A stretch of 64,000 nt of DNA, taken from positions 292,313 through 356,312 of the IMG/VR virus record IMGVR_UViG_3300023174_000036; one strand, given 5' to 3'. The notes beneath the pieces are model-generated. The model was not told where the DNA came from. It made no database searches and was given only the letters and a program-made list of their open reading frames with translations. Position 1 is the first letter of the stretch, and each line of letters opens with the position of its first letter. This document shows positions 20,178 through 30,363 of this stretch, piece after piece. The position numbers and the translations under genes are program-made.

Positions 20178-20585
20178 TTACAGTGTTGTACCAATTGCAA
20201 TTGTTGGAATTGAGATTGTAGTTGCGGCACTTGCATTTAAAGCGGCATTGATTGCGGCTTCTGCTAAACCAAAACCTGTACCTTGTGTATTACCACTGTC
20301 AGCACCGTTTGCTGTATCTGCGGCGATAACAGCAATAAAGCCTGTAGCTACTGGTGCGTATACTGCATAAACTTCTACAAAGTTTTGTAATGTACGAACT
20401 GCTTTGCTGTACAAACTTGCTGGTAGTGTGTAAGACAATGAGCTGGTAGCGCCGTCTTGATAACGCATGTCGTTTGAACCGCCTGTTACTAACACTTTAA
20501 TTACTGTTAGTTCACGAGTACCAAACTGTGTGCTTTCTGTTGTTTTTAGCCAATTGGCTGATGTTGTTGAGTCTACTGATGGCAT
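20178..20585 (-). CDS. probable small virion (decoration-type) protein
   Basis: Ala/Thr-rich, strong AGGAG SD, own terminator. Confidence 0.55.
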   Translation of the reverse strand: MPSVDSTTSANWLKTTESTQFGTRELTVIKVLVTGGSNDMRYQDGATSSLSYTLPASLYSKAVRTLQNFVEVYAVYAPVATGFIAVIAADTANGADSGNTQGTGFGLAEAAINAALNASAATTISIPTIAIGTTL

Positions 20586-20666
20586 AATATTTCTCCTCTA
20601 TATGCTTTTTAGAACACCCTCTGTGTCCTTTGTATATTTATTTACCTATTTTGGTAAAAACCTGCT

Positions 20667-21593
20667 TTAAATGCTAACGATTTGACGAATAGCTTTGAAC
20701 CAATCCACTGACCCTTCTTTGAGGAAACGTTCTGGGTATTTCTTCTGCATATCGCCTTTGAACTGTGCTAAACGTGGGTTGTCTATGCCTTGTGGAATGT
20801 GTTGCAGTATACGTTCCACTGTGGCTAACCAGTCCTGATTGGCAGATGGATCATTGAACAAGCGTTGTGCTATCTTATGTACATCACGCTCCAACACTTC
20901 GCCATTGGCACGACTTTTCAGTGCGCCGCCCATGCCGTAGTACAAGAACGCTTTTTCAAGATGATTGGGAATACTGTTGGCCAAGCTGGACAGCGCCATT
21001 TGCTGGTCTTGTCCGTCATATTGATAGTCTTGTGAGTATTCGTGTTCGTGATGTTTAACTGTGGTGGCCGCATGTTCTGTAGTTGGAAAATCCACTTGAT
21101 AATAAGCCGCAACTTCAGTACCCAGTGCTGGCACGTTAACAGTATAGCCTGCTGGAATTCCAAGGTGTACTTGCTCGCCAGTCTGTGTTACACTGTCAAA
21201 ACTTTGGCTGAGATACTGTGCCAATGCGCTACGGATTGCACCGTCGTCAGCATCTGCTTCTAAACCTAACTTAGGAGCAATTTCTTTACTGCTGATATGA
21301 ATGTCTATATCGCCAGCAGTTGTTTTGACACTGCCCATTTTGTAGTAAGGATGGTTTGGATGCCACGAACCTGCTGATCCGCTGGTCCAGTGTCCTTTGG
21401 TGCCAAGTGCATCCAACACTGGCTGTACTTGTTGTACAATAGCATCGTAAGCCTTGCGTGGAATACGCACAATAACACCTTTGATGTTTTGTGGATCTAT
21501 CTTCTTTTTTGGTTTGGCAGTAGGGCCTAATCGTGCGGCATTGATTTCTTCAACGCCATATAGCCCTGCTGGTTCTAATGCAAATCCGCTCAT
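20667..21593 (-). CDS. second nucleotidyltransferase-like protein
   Basis: SGSAG...TAGDIDIH...YYQVDF. Confidence 0.65.
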   Translation of the reverse strand: MSGFALEPAGLYGVEEINAARLGPTAKPKKKIDPQNIKGVIVRIPRKAYDAIVQQVQPVLDALGTKGHWTSGSAGSWHPNHPYYKMGSVKTTAGDIDIHISSKEIAPKLGLEADADDGAIRSALAQYLSQSFDSVTQTGEQVHLGIPAGYTVNVPALGTEVAAYYQVDFPTTEHAATTVKHHEHEYSQDYQYDGQDQQMALSSLANSIPNHLEKAFLYYGMGGALKSRANGEVLERDVHKIAQRLFNDPSANQDWLATVERILQHIPQGIDNPRLAQFKGDMQKKYPERFLKEGSVDWFKAIRQIVSI

Positions 21594-21841
21594 TCTTTAC
21601 TCTCTTGTATGCGCTTGATGCCACGTTTGAATTTGCTGGCATCAGCTGTTCTAATGCTGTTGATGAATCTGCGCTCTAACTCAGCGGCCGTTTCGATATC
21701 ATAGCTGGCCCTAATCTGCTCCAATAAGTTCACAGCACTTTGGATGATGTTGGAACCGCGGCTTTCGATAACCAAGTCAGTGTCTCGGTTAATGCCTAAA
21801 TCGCTTAATTCCTGTAAAATACTTCTTGTTGTTTTGCGCAT
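21590..21841 (-). CDS. conserved hypothetical protein
   Basis: MRKTTRSILQEL...ELERRFINSIR. Confidence 0.7.
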   Translation of the reverse strand: MRKTTRSILQELSDLGINRDTDLVIESRGSNIIQSAVNLLEQIRASYDIETAAELERRFINSIRTADASKFKRGIKRIQESKE

Positions 21842-21986
21842 ATATGATCTTCCAAGTGTATTTATAGTATACTATGCTTGATTAATAATATCAAATAACT
21901 TGGTAAATGTTGCAGTGCCATGTATACTTGCTAAATACTCAGTAGAAACCATGAGTAGCTACACACTTAACACACAGGAAAGTAAA

Positions 21987-22163
21987 ATGAAATACCTATC
22001 AGAAAAGATGCAGTCTATACTGGAACGTCTATCCGAAATGTTCCCAGGTAGCAGTTATCAATCAAGTCTAGATGCTTATCTAGCAGACAAAGGCATTACC
22101 GATGCCGCACAGTTGGAAAATTACATCCGACAATTCAACTCCCAAAAGGAACGATTTCTATGA
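21987..22163 (+). CDS. small DUF3563-like protein
   Basis: LDAYLADKGITDAAQLENYIRQF; AGGA SD. Confidence 0.5.
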   Translation: MKYLSEKMQSILERLSEMFPGSSYQSSLDAYLADKGITDAAQLENYIRQFNSQKERFL

Positions 22164-22401
22164 AAAACACATTAACTAAAATTGGCAATTTTTTTGTTGC
22201 TTGGGCAGAGGCCCTACACGAATACCGTAACCGTAAAGGATACCGTAATGGTGGATATTATTGAACGATTACAGCATTACGAACACAAATATGGCGAAAA
22301 AACAGCCGCAATAGCTATTGTTGCCATTGTAGTTTATCTAGTTATAGCACAGTAATCTTGCACCGTAAGGTGTAAATACATACACACAGGAGGTCTTATA
22401 G

Positions 22402-22830
22402 ATGACTACTAAGTTTTCACACGTTAAAGGTTCTGAGGTAGAATTTAAGGGTGGCGGATTACGCGACTTTTTTCTATACAAAGATCTTGGCGTAGCAGAT
22501 GCAACACACGGGCGTGTGCTTGCTCATATTACCAAAGCTAACTTACCTCCAGAAGGTTCAGGCGGTACTGGCTGGCACATTCACGTGGCTGAGTTCCAAA
22601 TCGTTTACATGTTAAAGGGTTGGGCCAAGTTCATGTATGAGGACAAAATCCATCTAGTTGAAGCAGGCGACTGCGTACAGCAACAGCCAGGTATTGTACA
22701 CTATCTATACGACTACAGTCCAGACATGGAGTATTTGGAAATCATTACTCCAGCTGATTACGGCACAGAGCCAGCTGAAGGCCCTTGCACTATACCAGAT
22801 CCCCAACCTTGGCATAAAATTTTAGACTGA
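22402..22830 (+). CDS. cupin domain protein
   Basis: GWHIHVAEFQIVYMLKGW...GDCVQQQPGIVH. Confidence 0.88.
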   Translation: MTTKFSHVKGSEVEFKGGGLRDFFLYKDLGVADATHGRVLAHITKANLPPEGSGGTGWHIHVAEFQIVYMLKGWAKFMYEDKIHLVEAGDCVQQQPGIVHYLYDYSPDMEYLEIITPADYGTEPAEGPCTIPDPQPWHKILD

Positions 22831-22831
22831 T

Positions 22832-23407
22832 ATGACACTTGTTTACATCCATGGCGCCAGTGCCACAAGCGAAAGTTTTAACTATATTAGGGGCAAGTTG
22901 GGAAAAGGCATAGACATTAACTACGATAGTCGAAATGGGTTTGAAAATAACTTAAATGAAATGCAAGCTCAATTAGAAGGCGTTAACGACATTGCATTTA
23001 TAGCACATAGCTTGGGCGGAGTATATGCCATACATCTGGCCAATGCCATACCCACACAGGTATTGGGTGCTGTTACACTGAGTACACCCTATGGAGGTGC
23101 TGAAGTGGCTGAAATGGTCAAATACTTCTTGCCGTTCAGTAGACTGATGCGCGACATTGGACCCAGTTCATGGGCCATGAAACAGGCTGATCGGATCAAG
23201 ATACAGCATCCGTGGACTAACATTGTTACTGTCAAAGGCCAAAGCCCATTCATGCATGAACCCAACGATGGTGTGGTAACCATAGCCAGTCAACGGCATC
23301 ATGAGGACATGGAACTGATAGAAGTGGACTACAACCACTACGAAGTGGTGTTGGCAGAATCAGTGGTCAAGATCATTAAAGAAAGAGTAAAGAAATTTAA
23401 GAAATAA
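22832..23407 (+). CDS. alpha/beta hydrolase (esterase/lipase)
   Basis: YIHGA, AHSLGG nucleophile elbow, STPYGG, NDGVV, NHYEV. Confidence 0.88.
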   Translation: MTLVYIHGASATSESFNYIRGKLGKGIDINYDSRNGFENNLNEMQAQLEGVNDIAFIAHSLGGVYAIHLANAIPTQVLGAVTLSTPYGGAEVAEMVKYFLPFSRLMRDIGPSSWAMKQADRIKIQHPWTNIVTVKGQSPFMHEPNDGVVTIASQRHHEDMELIEVDYNHYEVVLAESVVKIIKERVKKFKK

Positions 23408-23502
23408 CTCATTCAGCTTTACACACAGTTTTGTATACTGTATAATAAATACATGGACAGCAATAGTGCTGTTGAACACAAACATACACACAGGAGATTA
23501 AT

Positions 23503-23745
23503 ATGTTTACATCATTTGACACAATCATCGACACCGTTCAAGGTGCTCAAACTAAGTTCGTAGAAACTTACGTTACAGACAAAAAGATCCAAGCAGAGCT
23601 AGTTAAGCTAACAGAAGCACAAGCCAAGTTTGCAAAAGGATCTTACCAAACTACTCTAAGCATTGCTGAAGCTGTATTTAAAACAACCAACGACGCTGTT
23701 CAAAGCCAAGTTAAGAAAGCAACTGCCAAAAAGGAAACTGCGTAA
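23503..23745 (+). CDS. amphipathic helical protein (phasin-like?)
   Basis: Helical A/K/T/Q-rich 80 aa; strong SD. Confidence 0.5.
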   Translation: MFTSFDTIIDTVQGAQTKFVETYVTDKKIQAELVKLTEAQAKFAKGSYQTTLSIAEAVFKTTNDAVQSQVKKATAKKETA

Positions 23746-24014
23746 TGTCTGAATTCAATACACCAAAACTACCAGAAGTTAAATTCAGCAAGAACGGTTA
23801 CGAGATCCGCACAGACGTGTTGGCTATGGCCAAAGACGCTGTTATGGAAGAATACCACTCAAAGTTCCGCGGTTGGGAAATGTCAGTTGCTCGTGATGAA
23901 AAGACTGGACAAGTTGTAACCCGAGTAGGTATGCCAGAGTTTCCAGGTCTAGACAAGATCATGGAAGCCGCTGAAAAGTTCTATGGGTTTGTTAATACAG
24001 GCACAAAGAAGTAA
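23745..24014 (+). CDS. conserved phage hypothetical protein
   Basis: KNGYEIRTDVLAMAK...AEKFYGFV. Confidence 0.7.
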   Translation: MSEFNTPKLPEVKFSKNGYEIRTDVLAMAKDAVMEEYHSKFRGWEMSVARDEKTGQVVTRVGMPEFPGLDKIMEAAEKFYGFVNTGTKK

Positions 24015-24057
24015 TACATTAGCATAGCTAGTTCGCCAGAATAGCGTAACATTCACT

Positions 24058-24080
24058 AGCACCTTCGGGTGCTTTTATTT
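24058..24080 (+). terminator. intrinsic terminator
   Basis: AGCACC-TTCG-GGTGCT followed by TTTATTT. Confidence 0.85.
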
Positions 24081-24172
24081 TGGTTAAATGAATTGTCAAC
24101 TAAGTGTAACTCTAAGGCGTTGTATATATGTAGGGATAGAAATTCCTACACTAACCTAAAGGAAACTTTAAA

Positions 24173-24376
24173 ATGAAAGCTATCGCAACCGTAATCGCAA
24201 CTTTGTTTGCCGCAACTGTATTTGCCGCTGAGCCAGCTAAGGCACCAGCAACTCCTGCTTCAGCACCAGCTAAAGTGGAAGCCAAGAAGGACGAAAAGAA
24301 GCCTGTCAAAAGCGAGCCTGCTAAGAAAGACGCACCTAAAGCAGACGCAAAGCCAACTGCCCCAGCCGCTAAGTAA
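24173..24376 (+). CDS. secreted Ala/Lys/Pro-rich peptide
   Basis: Signal peptide ending VFA; low-complexity basic tail. Confidence 0.75.
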   Translation: MKAIATVIATLFAATVFAAEPAKAPATPASAPAKVEAKKDEKKPVKSEPAKKDAPKADAKPTAPAAK

Positions 24377-24553
24377 TCGCAGTTTAGATGACAATGATGA
24401 CCTCATAATAGACGATGAGGTCACATTTGGTCGTAATAGACGAGCTGAACAGTTTGGAAAACTGGTACATGATTACGATGACAAAGCACCGTTAAGTGAT
24501 TATGTGTTAGCCAGACTGGCTCAAGCTAGAGAATTAGCAATGGCCGCATATAG

Positions 24554-24581
24554 AAAAGCCCACGCATAAGTGGGCTTTTTT
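24554..24581. terminator. bidirectional terminator between convergent genes
   Basis: AAAAGCCCAC-GCATAA-GTGGGCTTTTTT. Confidence 0.8.
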
Positions 24582-24582
24582 G

Positions 24583-24993
24583 TTATTCTACTGATTCTTT
24601 ATCAAAGTAGTCTGGATGCTGTTTGCCCCAGTTGCGCATGATTACGGCGGCCTGTGCGTTAGCATCATTTTCTTGTGGTGATCCAGTCGAGCCTGCGTCA
24701 TCGTCAGCCAGCTCATCATTCAAGTCTTGTTTGAAGTGTACCATTTCGTGTGCCAATGTTCTACAGATATCGTTGATGTGACGATTCTTCACAGTAATAG
24801 TGATGTGTTCAGCACCTGGCTGATATCCACCAAATGATTTGCGTTCCACACTTTGCTTTGAATCAAACACAAAGTCAAACTTTGGCAGTGTTTTGAGTTC
24901 CAAGTGTTCAGCGGCAAAGCGCACAAAGTCCAATAGGATTGGATACGTATCCTTTTTACCAAGGCCTTCAGTGAGTATTTCTTTAACTTTCAT
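24583..24993 (-). CDS. HExxH zincin-like protein with capsid-targeting-like leader
   Basis: RTLAHEMVH...ENDANA; MKVKEILTE. Confidence 0.7.
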   Translation of the reverse strand: MKVKEILTEGLGKKDTYPILLDFVRFAAEHLELKTLPKFDFVFDSKQSVERKSFGGYQPGAEHITITVKNRHINDICRTLAHEMVHFKQDLNDELADDDAGSTGSPQENDANAQAAVIMRNWGKQHPDYFDKESVE

Positions 24994-25007
24994 ATGTATA
25001 TTTAGCG

Positions 25008-28000
25008 TTATGCGCCGCGCACCATTACGCCACTGAAATACGAAATTGTGGATCCAGCTGTGGTAGTTTTATTACTGCCACTAGTCTGTTGGATCCGAAT
25101 ATGAAAACTATCTGTAGTACCATTGGCATAGGCTATGTCAGATACCTGCATTGAATACCAATTTGCACCTTGTTCTGTGCCGCCTTCGTTAGTGCCACGA
25201 GCATATTCGTTGGCGTTTTTGTAAAGCACAATCATAATTTCGCCAGTGCTAGCCGGGCCGTCAATACGAACAGTAGCATTGAATTGATAGTAGCCTTCTA
25301 TTGTAGGTGTAAATGTATTACTGGTAAAACAGTTGTCAGTGTCAAAGTTTTCAGCGCCAAATGTTACTGTTAGCTGACTGCCTGATGAAAGAGTTTGCGC
25401 TGTAGATACATACGCTCTAAATGCTGGGCCGTTGACTGCTTTCTTACCGCTTACTTGATAATCTCCGCTAATACTTAAATTACCAGTATTACTTAAAATT
25501 AATAGAGTTGATGAGTAATCACTATTGACAATCTCTACAGCGCCTGTGCTACTCAATCGGAATGTCTTACTACCGTTAGTAACACCGCTGGTAGTATTAG
25601 TAACTTTTAAGAAGTCAAAGTATCCAGTGCCACCCTGTGTGTCTTTACCTGTGGCTAATATTGCTTGTCCAGTTGTTGACGCTGGCGTATAGGTCACATT
25701 TACAGGCGAAGATGAACTGTTGGTAACAGCTAGGCTTGTTAGTGTTCCAACTGATGTTAAACTACTATTTACTACTGTTGAATTTAATGTTACGCCAGTT
25801 AGTGTACCTGCCGCGGCTGTAACTGTAATAGCCGCAGAGCCATCAAAGTTAACACCGTTGATAGCACGAGCTGTTGCTAGTTTAGTTGCTGTTGCGGCAT
25901 TACCAGTGTAGGCAGTTGTCTGTGTCGTAGTGTCTGGAAATGTGATCTTGGTTGTATCAAATGTCCAACTGACAGTTGAACCTAATTCTGGCAAGCCAGT
26001 AGATAATGAAATACTGGCATTGCCACTTGCGGCACTGATTGCTGTTCTAAAAGGATCGCCTGGAGCAGGTGTTGAGTTAATCCAAAGTACACTGCCATTA
26101 ATACTGCCTGCTATTGTATTAGTGACTGTTAAGTTAGTTAATGTGCCAACACTAGTCAAACTACTTGTAACCACAGCTGGGGCAAGTACGGTTCCTGATA
26201 AAGCATTGGCATCAACAAAGCTGGCGGCCGATGAAATTACGCTGGCAAAACTTCTTAAGTCCCATACGGAAACAATAGTAGCTTTGGGAGTATTACTATA
26301 ACTTGTCTTAGTTTGATAAACAACTTTATACAGTGGACGGAATTCTACAACAGGAAAACCTGTTAAGTTCAAGTCATTCCACTCAATGGCTTCGGCATCA
26401 TTTTGATTAGCGTGTTGCGTTTGACTTATAACTCCCATCACTGGATAGTTTATATTGTTGGTGGCAATGATAAATGTAACACCAAACTTGTTGTTGTCAA
26501 TATCAGGAGTTGACCAAGTGCCTGCTGTGTTTAAGTTATATACTGGACGAACTGATCCTCTCTTTAACGGAAAGGTAGTTGGATTATCTCTTACCCAGCC
26601 AGTTGTTCCAGACAGATAGAATATTGGTATTTGACTTGGGCCCGTTAGATCTTGTTCCCAAGTGTTGGCAGTAGGTGTGTTAGTGCTGACAACATCCACT
26701 TGTAAATCTTCATCAAAGAATGTGCCCGAGGCAATGTCTAGTTGTATGTGCGTGTTAAGACTGCCATTGCCACCAAGTATATAATTACTAGCACCAAAGC
26801 CGTTGGCAATGGCCGCGCCACGTGTGCGGTGTAGGTATTCATGTGTTTGCCAATCTAAAACAATGCCGTGTCGTTCGTCAGCCACCATAGGTGCTTTGCC
26901 AGTGCCTGAGTTCCAATAGACATAAGCGGTAGGGGCTTGGTTAGGCCAATCAAAGTATGTTGTTTGATATTGTAATGCGCCTGCGGCATCAAAGTAAATG
27001 TAGTACAAGCCAGTTGTATTAGGAATAGTCACAGTACGAGTTGTGCTGATAACAAACTTAGCACCTTTGACCCAAACATTATAAGAACCGCTTACTGGAC
27101 TAATTGTAAATGTTCTTGTTGAATCATTAAACGAAATGGTTGACTGACTCTTATCAGCGTGTCCCATTGGTTCTGTTGTAGCAGAGAACACTTCCTGGAT
27201 TGGTCCAATGTCTGGTATAGTTGGTTTGTTCTTGATAAAGTCTAAACTGGCATTGTTAGACTGTGTCCAATCACTTTGTATCTGAGCGGCTGGAATAGTG
27301 GGCTTGTTGGTTAAGTCAGTATATGATCCACTGAATGGTGCGGCTACACTGATAACACCTGCGTTGATAGTTATATTGCTACCAATCTTGACACCACCCA
27401 ATATTGTGTCAGTTGCTGTTGGTAAAGTGTAAGCACTGGGTATTGTTGGCTTGTCTGTTAAGTCATTATAGCTACCCGAGAACAATGTGGGCTTGCCAGT
27501 TAGACTGGCGTATGCTCCATCAAACAACGTTGGCTTGTTAGTTAAGTCAGTATAGCTTCCACTGAACAATGCTGGTTTGTTTAGTATCTGTGCTAGTCCA
27601 GAACTGGCATTCCAATCACTATTAACTTGTGCGGCTGGTATTGTAGGCTTGTTAGTTAAGTCAGTATAGCTTCCACTGAACAATGCTGGTTTGTTTAGTA
27701 TCTGTGCTAGTCCAGAACTGGCATTCCAATCACTATTAACTTGTGCGGCTGGTATTGTAGGCTTGTTAGTTAAGTCAGTATAGCTTCCACTGAACAATGC
27801 TGGTTTATTAGATAGGTCAGTATAGCTTCCACTGAATCCGCTGATAACTTGATTGTTGATGGTAATAGTAGTGCCATCAATTTTCACACCACCCTTGACT
27901 GTGGTGCTGGCTGTGGGTAATGTGTAGTCGCCGCCACCTGTGCCGCCACCGCCAATAATAGTGCCGCCGGGGGTATCGTCTAACTGTATACGGAATGTGT

Positions 28001-28103
28001 TGGTTTCTGAATCGTACCAGATACGATTGAGCTGGCCGATGCGAGTATCGCCATCTGTGCGAGTTTTATAACTGGTGAATAGTTTTTGTATGAATTCCGA
28101 CAT
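25008..28103 (-). CDS. tail fibre/virion fibre with internal repeats and C1q/TNF-like C-terminal domain
   Basis: SGSYTDLTNKP repeats, ATKLATARAINGVNFDGS, PAFRAY...FTPTIEGYYQF...YFSGVMV. Confidence 0.8.
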   Translation of the reverse strand: MSEFIQKLFTSYKTRTDGDTRIGQLNRIWYDSETNTFRIQLDDTPGGTIIGGGGTGGGDYTLPTASTTVKGGVKIDGTTITINNQVISGFSGSYTDLSNKPALFSGSYTDLTNKPTIPAAQVNSDWNASSGLAQILNKPALFSGSYTDLTNKPTIPAAQVNSDWNASSGLAQILNKPALFSGSYTDLTNKPTLFDGAYASLTGKPTLFSGSYNDLTDKPTIPSAYTLPTATDTILGGVKIGSNITINAGVISVAAPFSGSYTDLTNKPTIPAAQIQSDWTQSNNASLDFIKNKPTIPDIGPIQEVFSATTEPMGHADKSQSTISFNDSTRTFTISPVSGSYNVWVKGAKFVISTTRTVTIPNTTGLYYIYFDAAGALQYQTTYFDWPNQAPTAYVYWNSGTGKAPMVADERHGIVLDWQTHEYLHRTRGAAIANGFGASNYILGGNGSLNTHIQLDIASGTFFDEDLQVDVVSTNTPTANTWEQDLTGPSQIPIFYLSGTTGWVRDNPTTFPLKRGSVRPVYNLNTAGTWSTPDIDNNKFGVTFIIATNNINYPVMGVISQTQHANQNDAEAIEWNDLNLTGFPVVEFRPLYKVVYQTKTSYSNTPKATIVSVWDLRSFASVISSAASFVDANALSGTVLAPAVVTSSLTSVGTLTNLTVTNTIAGSINGSVLWINSTPAPGDPFRTAISAASGNASISLSTGLPELGSTVSWTFDTTKITFPDTTTQTTAYTGNAATATKLATARAINGVNFDGSAAITVTAAAGTLTGVTLNSTVVNSSLTSVGTLTSLAVTNSSSSPVNVTYTPASTTGQAILATGKDTQGGTGYFDFLKVTNTTSGVTNGSKTFRLSSTGAVEIVNSDYSSTLLILSNTGNLSISGDYQVSGKKAVNGPAFRAYVSTAQTLSSGSQLTVTFGAENFDTDNCFTSNTFTPTIEGYYQFNATVRIDGPASTGEIMIVLYKNANEYARGTNEGGTEQGANWYSMQVSDIAYANGTTDSFHIRIQQTSGSNKTTTAGSTISYFSGVMVRGA
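27532..27806. repeat. perfect 114-bp (38-aa) tandem repeat, about 2.4 copies
   Basis: Identical DNA units encoding PALFSGSYTDLTNKPTIPAAQVNSDWNASSGLAQILNK. Confidence 0.9.
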
Positions 28104-28124
28104 GAAATACCCTAGTTAGAGTAT

Positions 28125-28406
28125 TTATCGGCTAATAAGTTGTTTGATTGCTTGGAGTAAGCTGTCGTCGGCAGATTTAGTTTCACTGCCAATATTATCG
28201 TCCTGCGTCATTTTGTCAATAACAGGGCTTTCTTTACCTAATTCGGCTTTGTGTAACTCTAAATGCTGTTGTAACGGAGGAACCATTACAGGATTTGATT
28301 GAAACTCTGGCTCGTTTTGTTCTTGGCCTGTTGAAATTTCAGGCTCGCCATCACCATTAATCTTAATGTTGATTGGAATATTAATAGTGAATTCTTTTGC
28401 TCTCAT
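28125..28406 (-). CDS. small protein with MRAKEF leader
   Basis: MVPPLQQHLELHK motif; late promoter. Confidence 0.65.
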   Translation of the reverse strand: MRAKEFTINIPINIKINGDGEPEISTGQEQNEPEFQSNPVMVPPLQQHLELHKAELGKESPVIDKMTQDDNIGSETKSADDSLLQAIKQLISR

Positions 28407-28439
28407 GCTAGTATTTATTAGAATCCGTTAGTGGCCATA

Positions 28440-29360
28440 TTATACGCCCCACTTACTGCTGAGGTAGTCTTCTAGAGCTATGATCTCATCATCTGTTAAG
28501 GCACGGTTGTAGGCTATCTGTTCAGCAAGGTCGCCGTCGGTTGCACTCATAGTTTCAACATAGGTCGCTGTAGTTGTAAGAGTTCCGCTTGGTGGTGTTC
28601 CACCGTTGGTTACTGTTATGTTTGTCTTAGCCCATCTAAATGTACATCTACTGGCCACAGCCGCTGTGCTGTCATAGCGCATTGTGATAATCTTCCAAGT
28701 GCCATCAGGGTCTATGTTATTAGCTACTGAGGCTGAACCTACAGGGGTATAGAATTGGTAAGCTGAATTAGATAGGTATCTAACTCCAGTTAAACTGCTT
28801 TGTGCAGAGTTGGTTATCATAAACAGGGCAGGATTAAATCCCACTGTGCTAACTGTTTTGGCCAACATAACCACAGTCCATCCGGTGATATTGTCAAAGG
28901 CCTCAGTGGTAAATCTAATATTATCGTATGAGCCAGCTGTGGCAAATCTAATCACAGGATAACCGTTGAGTGTATCGCCCACACCGTTCTGTACAGTTGG
29001 CTCTCGTCCGGCACTACTTCCCGCACCATTTGTGCCGGTCGCTCTGTTAGTTAAGGCTGTAACAGTAGTTCCGTCTGAGAATGTTCCACCGTTGATAGTT
29101 GATGCTAGAGCTGTGTCGTACCATATAGACAATCCTGAGAATAAGTTTGGAGTTTCTGATGATGCCCAAGGACGTCCAACAACTAACCCGCCACTATTAA
29201 TATTATCTACAACATCATTACCTGAATACTTAGTGGGCAGTTCTGATATATCGTAAACTGATCTACGCCCAGTTGCGGCGCGGTCAGTAGCGGCCAAGTC
29301 TAGTTTAGCTTTTTGACGCAACTCTTTAGTTGCTAGTTCTGATATTCCGTTTGCGGCCAT
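28440..29360 (-). CDS. virion protein with LamG/ConA-like C-terminal domain
   Basis: WYD..., GDLAEQIAYNRALTDDEIIALEDYLSSKWG. Confidence 0.75.
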   Translation of the reverse strand: MAANGISELATKELRQKAKLDLAATDRAATGRRSVYDISELPTKYSGNDVVDNINSGGLVVGRPWASSETPNLFSGLSIWYDTALASTINGGTFSDGTTVTALTNRATGTNGAGSSAGREPTVQNGVGDTLNGYPVIRFATAGSYDNIRFTTEAFDNITGWTVVMLAKTVSTVGFNPALFMITNSAQSSLTGVRYLSNSAYQFYTPVGSASVANNIDPDGTWKIITMRYDSTAAVASRCTFRWAKTNITVTNGGTPPSGTLTTTATYVETMSATDGDLAEQIAYNRALTDDEIIALEDYLSSKWGV

Positions 29361-29361
29361 A

Positions 29362-30363
29362 TTATAATCCGTAGTAGCTCTTGGTTGTATTATAGTTGCT
29401 CAACATTTCTGCATCTGTTAGTGCGCCGTTGTAGATCTGTATAGCACCAATACCACCTTGCATGTTTGGATCTGGAGGATTGCCCCAGTTTGACTTGCCA
29501 ATATAGCATAAGGTTCGTGTGATGTTTACTGGCTTGCCGGTTACACCTGATCCGTACGGTTGTCCATCTATGTAGATTTTAGCAAGCCCTTGACTGAGGT
29601 TGCCTACAGTGTTGAGTGTAAATGTGGCACAGATCTGATGCCAGACGTTTAATAATACTGTACTGGAGCCTGGGTAAGTTGATTGAAACTGTGATCCTTC
29701 AATATAGATGCCGGGCTTGCCTGTACCTCCATACGTGTTGGATAACAAGATGTTGTTAGAGCCAGCGCCATTACCAAAGTCTATGATTCGGTTCCAGTTT
29801 AATACTGCGCTGACATAAACCCAACTCTGTATGGTAAATGAGTTACCATCAAAATAAACGTTAGGCACACATTGAGCGTAATTAGCATCACCGCCTGGGA
29901 ACACAGCACAACTTTGTCCGCCTACTGTTCCATAGGCCACTGAGCCATAGATGGTAGCATCATTGTGATTGCTGGTTAGATCGTACCAAGTACCTGGACT
30001 GGCAGTTCTTGCTAGACTGTTGGTATTTCGACTGTCCAAGTTCAAGATTAAGGTAGCACCACTGGAACTGGTTTCAATAACTGTAATAGCAGTATCTGGA
30101 TTAGTTGTTGACCAAGGACGGCCTTTAACTAGCCCACCTGTGTTGACATTGTTAGTTATGGCATTGACGTTATATTTTGTTGGTAATAATGTTGTATCTA
30201 ACGTATTAGCGGCTCTGTAATAGTTCTTTGTTGCATCTGTACTGCCACTAATTGTGCCATCACGGGCCACAACTTTGCCCTGTCTTTTGGCAGTGGCTTT
30301 GGCCAATTTGGCTTCTTGCTTTAATTGTTTATTTGCTAGCGTTGATATCCCGTTTGCGGCCAT
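29362..30363 (-). CDS. virion protein with LamG/ConA-like C-terminal domain (paralogue)
   Basis: TWYDLT, FTIQSWV, WHQICATF, IYNGALTDAEMLSNY. Confidence 0.8.
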   Translation of the reverse strand: MAANGISTLANKQLKQEAKLAKATAKRQGKVVARDGTISGSTDATKNYYRAANTLDTTLLPTKYNVNAITNNVNTGGLVKGRPWSTTNPDTAITVIETSSSGATLILNLDSRNTNSLARTASPGTWYDLTSNHNDATIYGSVAYGTVGGQSCAVFPGGDANYAQCVPNVYFDGNSFTIQSWVYVSAVLNWNRIIDFGNGAGSNNILLSNTYGGTGKPGIYIEGSQFQSTYPGSSTVLLNVWHQICATFTLNTVGNLSQGLAKIYIDGQPYGSGVTGKPVNITRTLCYIGKSNWGNPPDPNMQGGIGAIQIYNGALTDAEMLSNYNTTKSYYGL

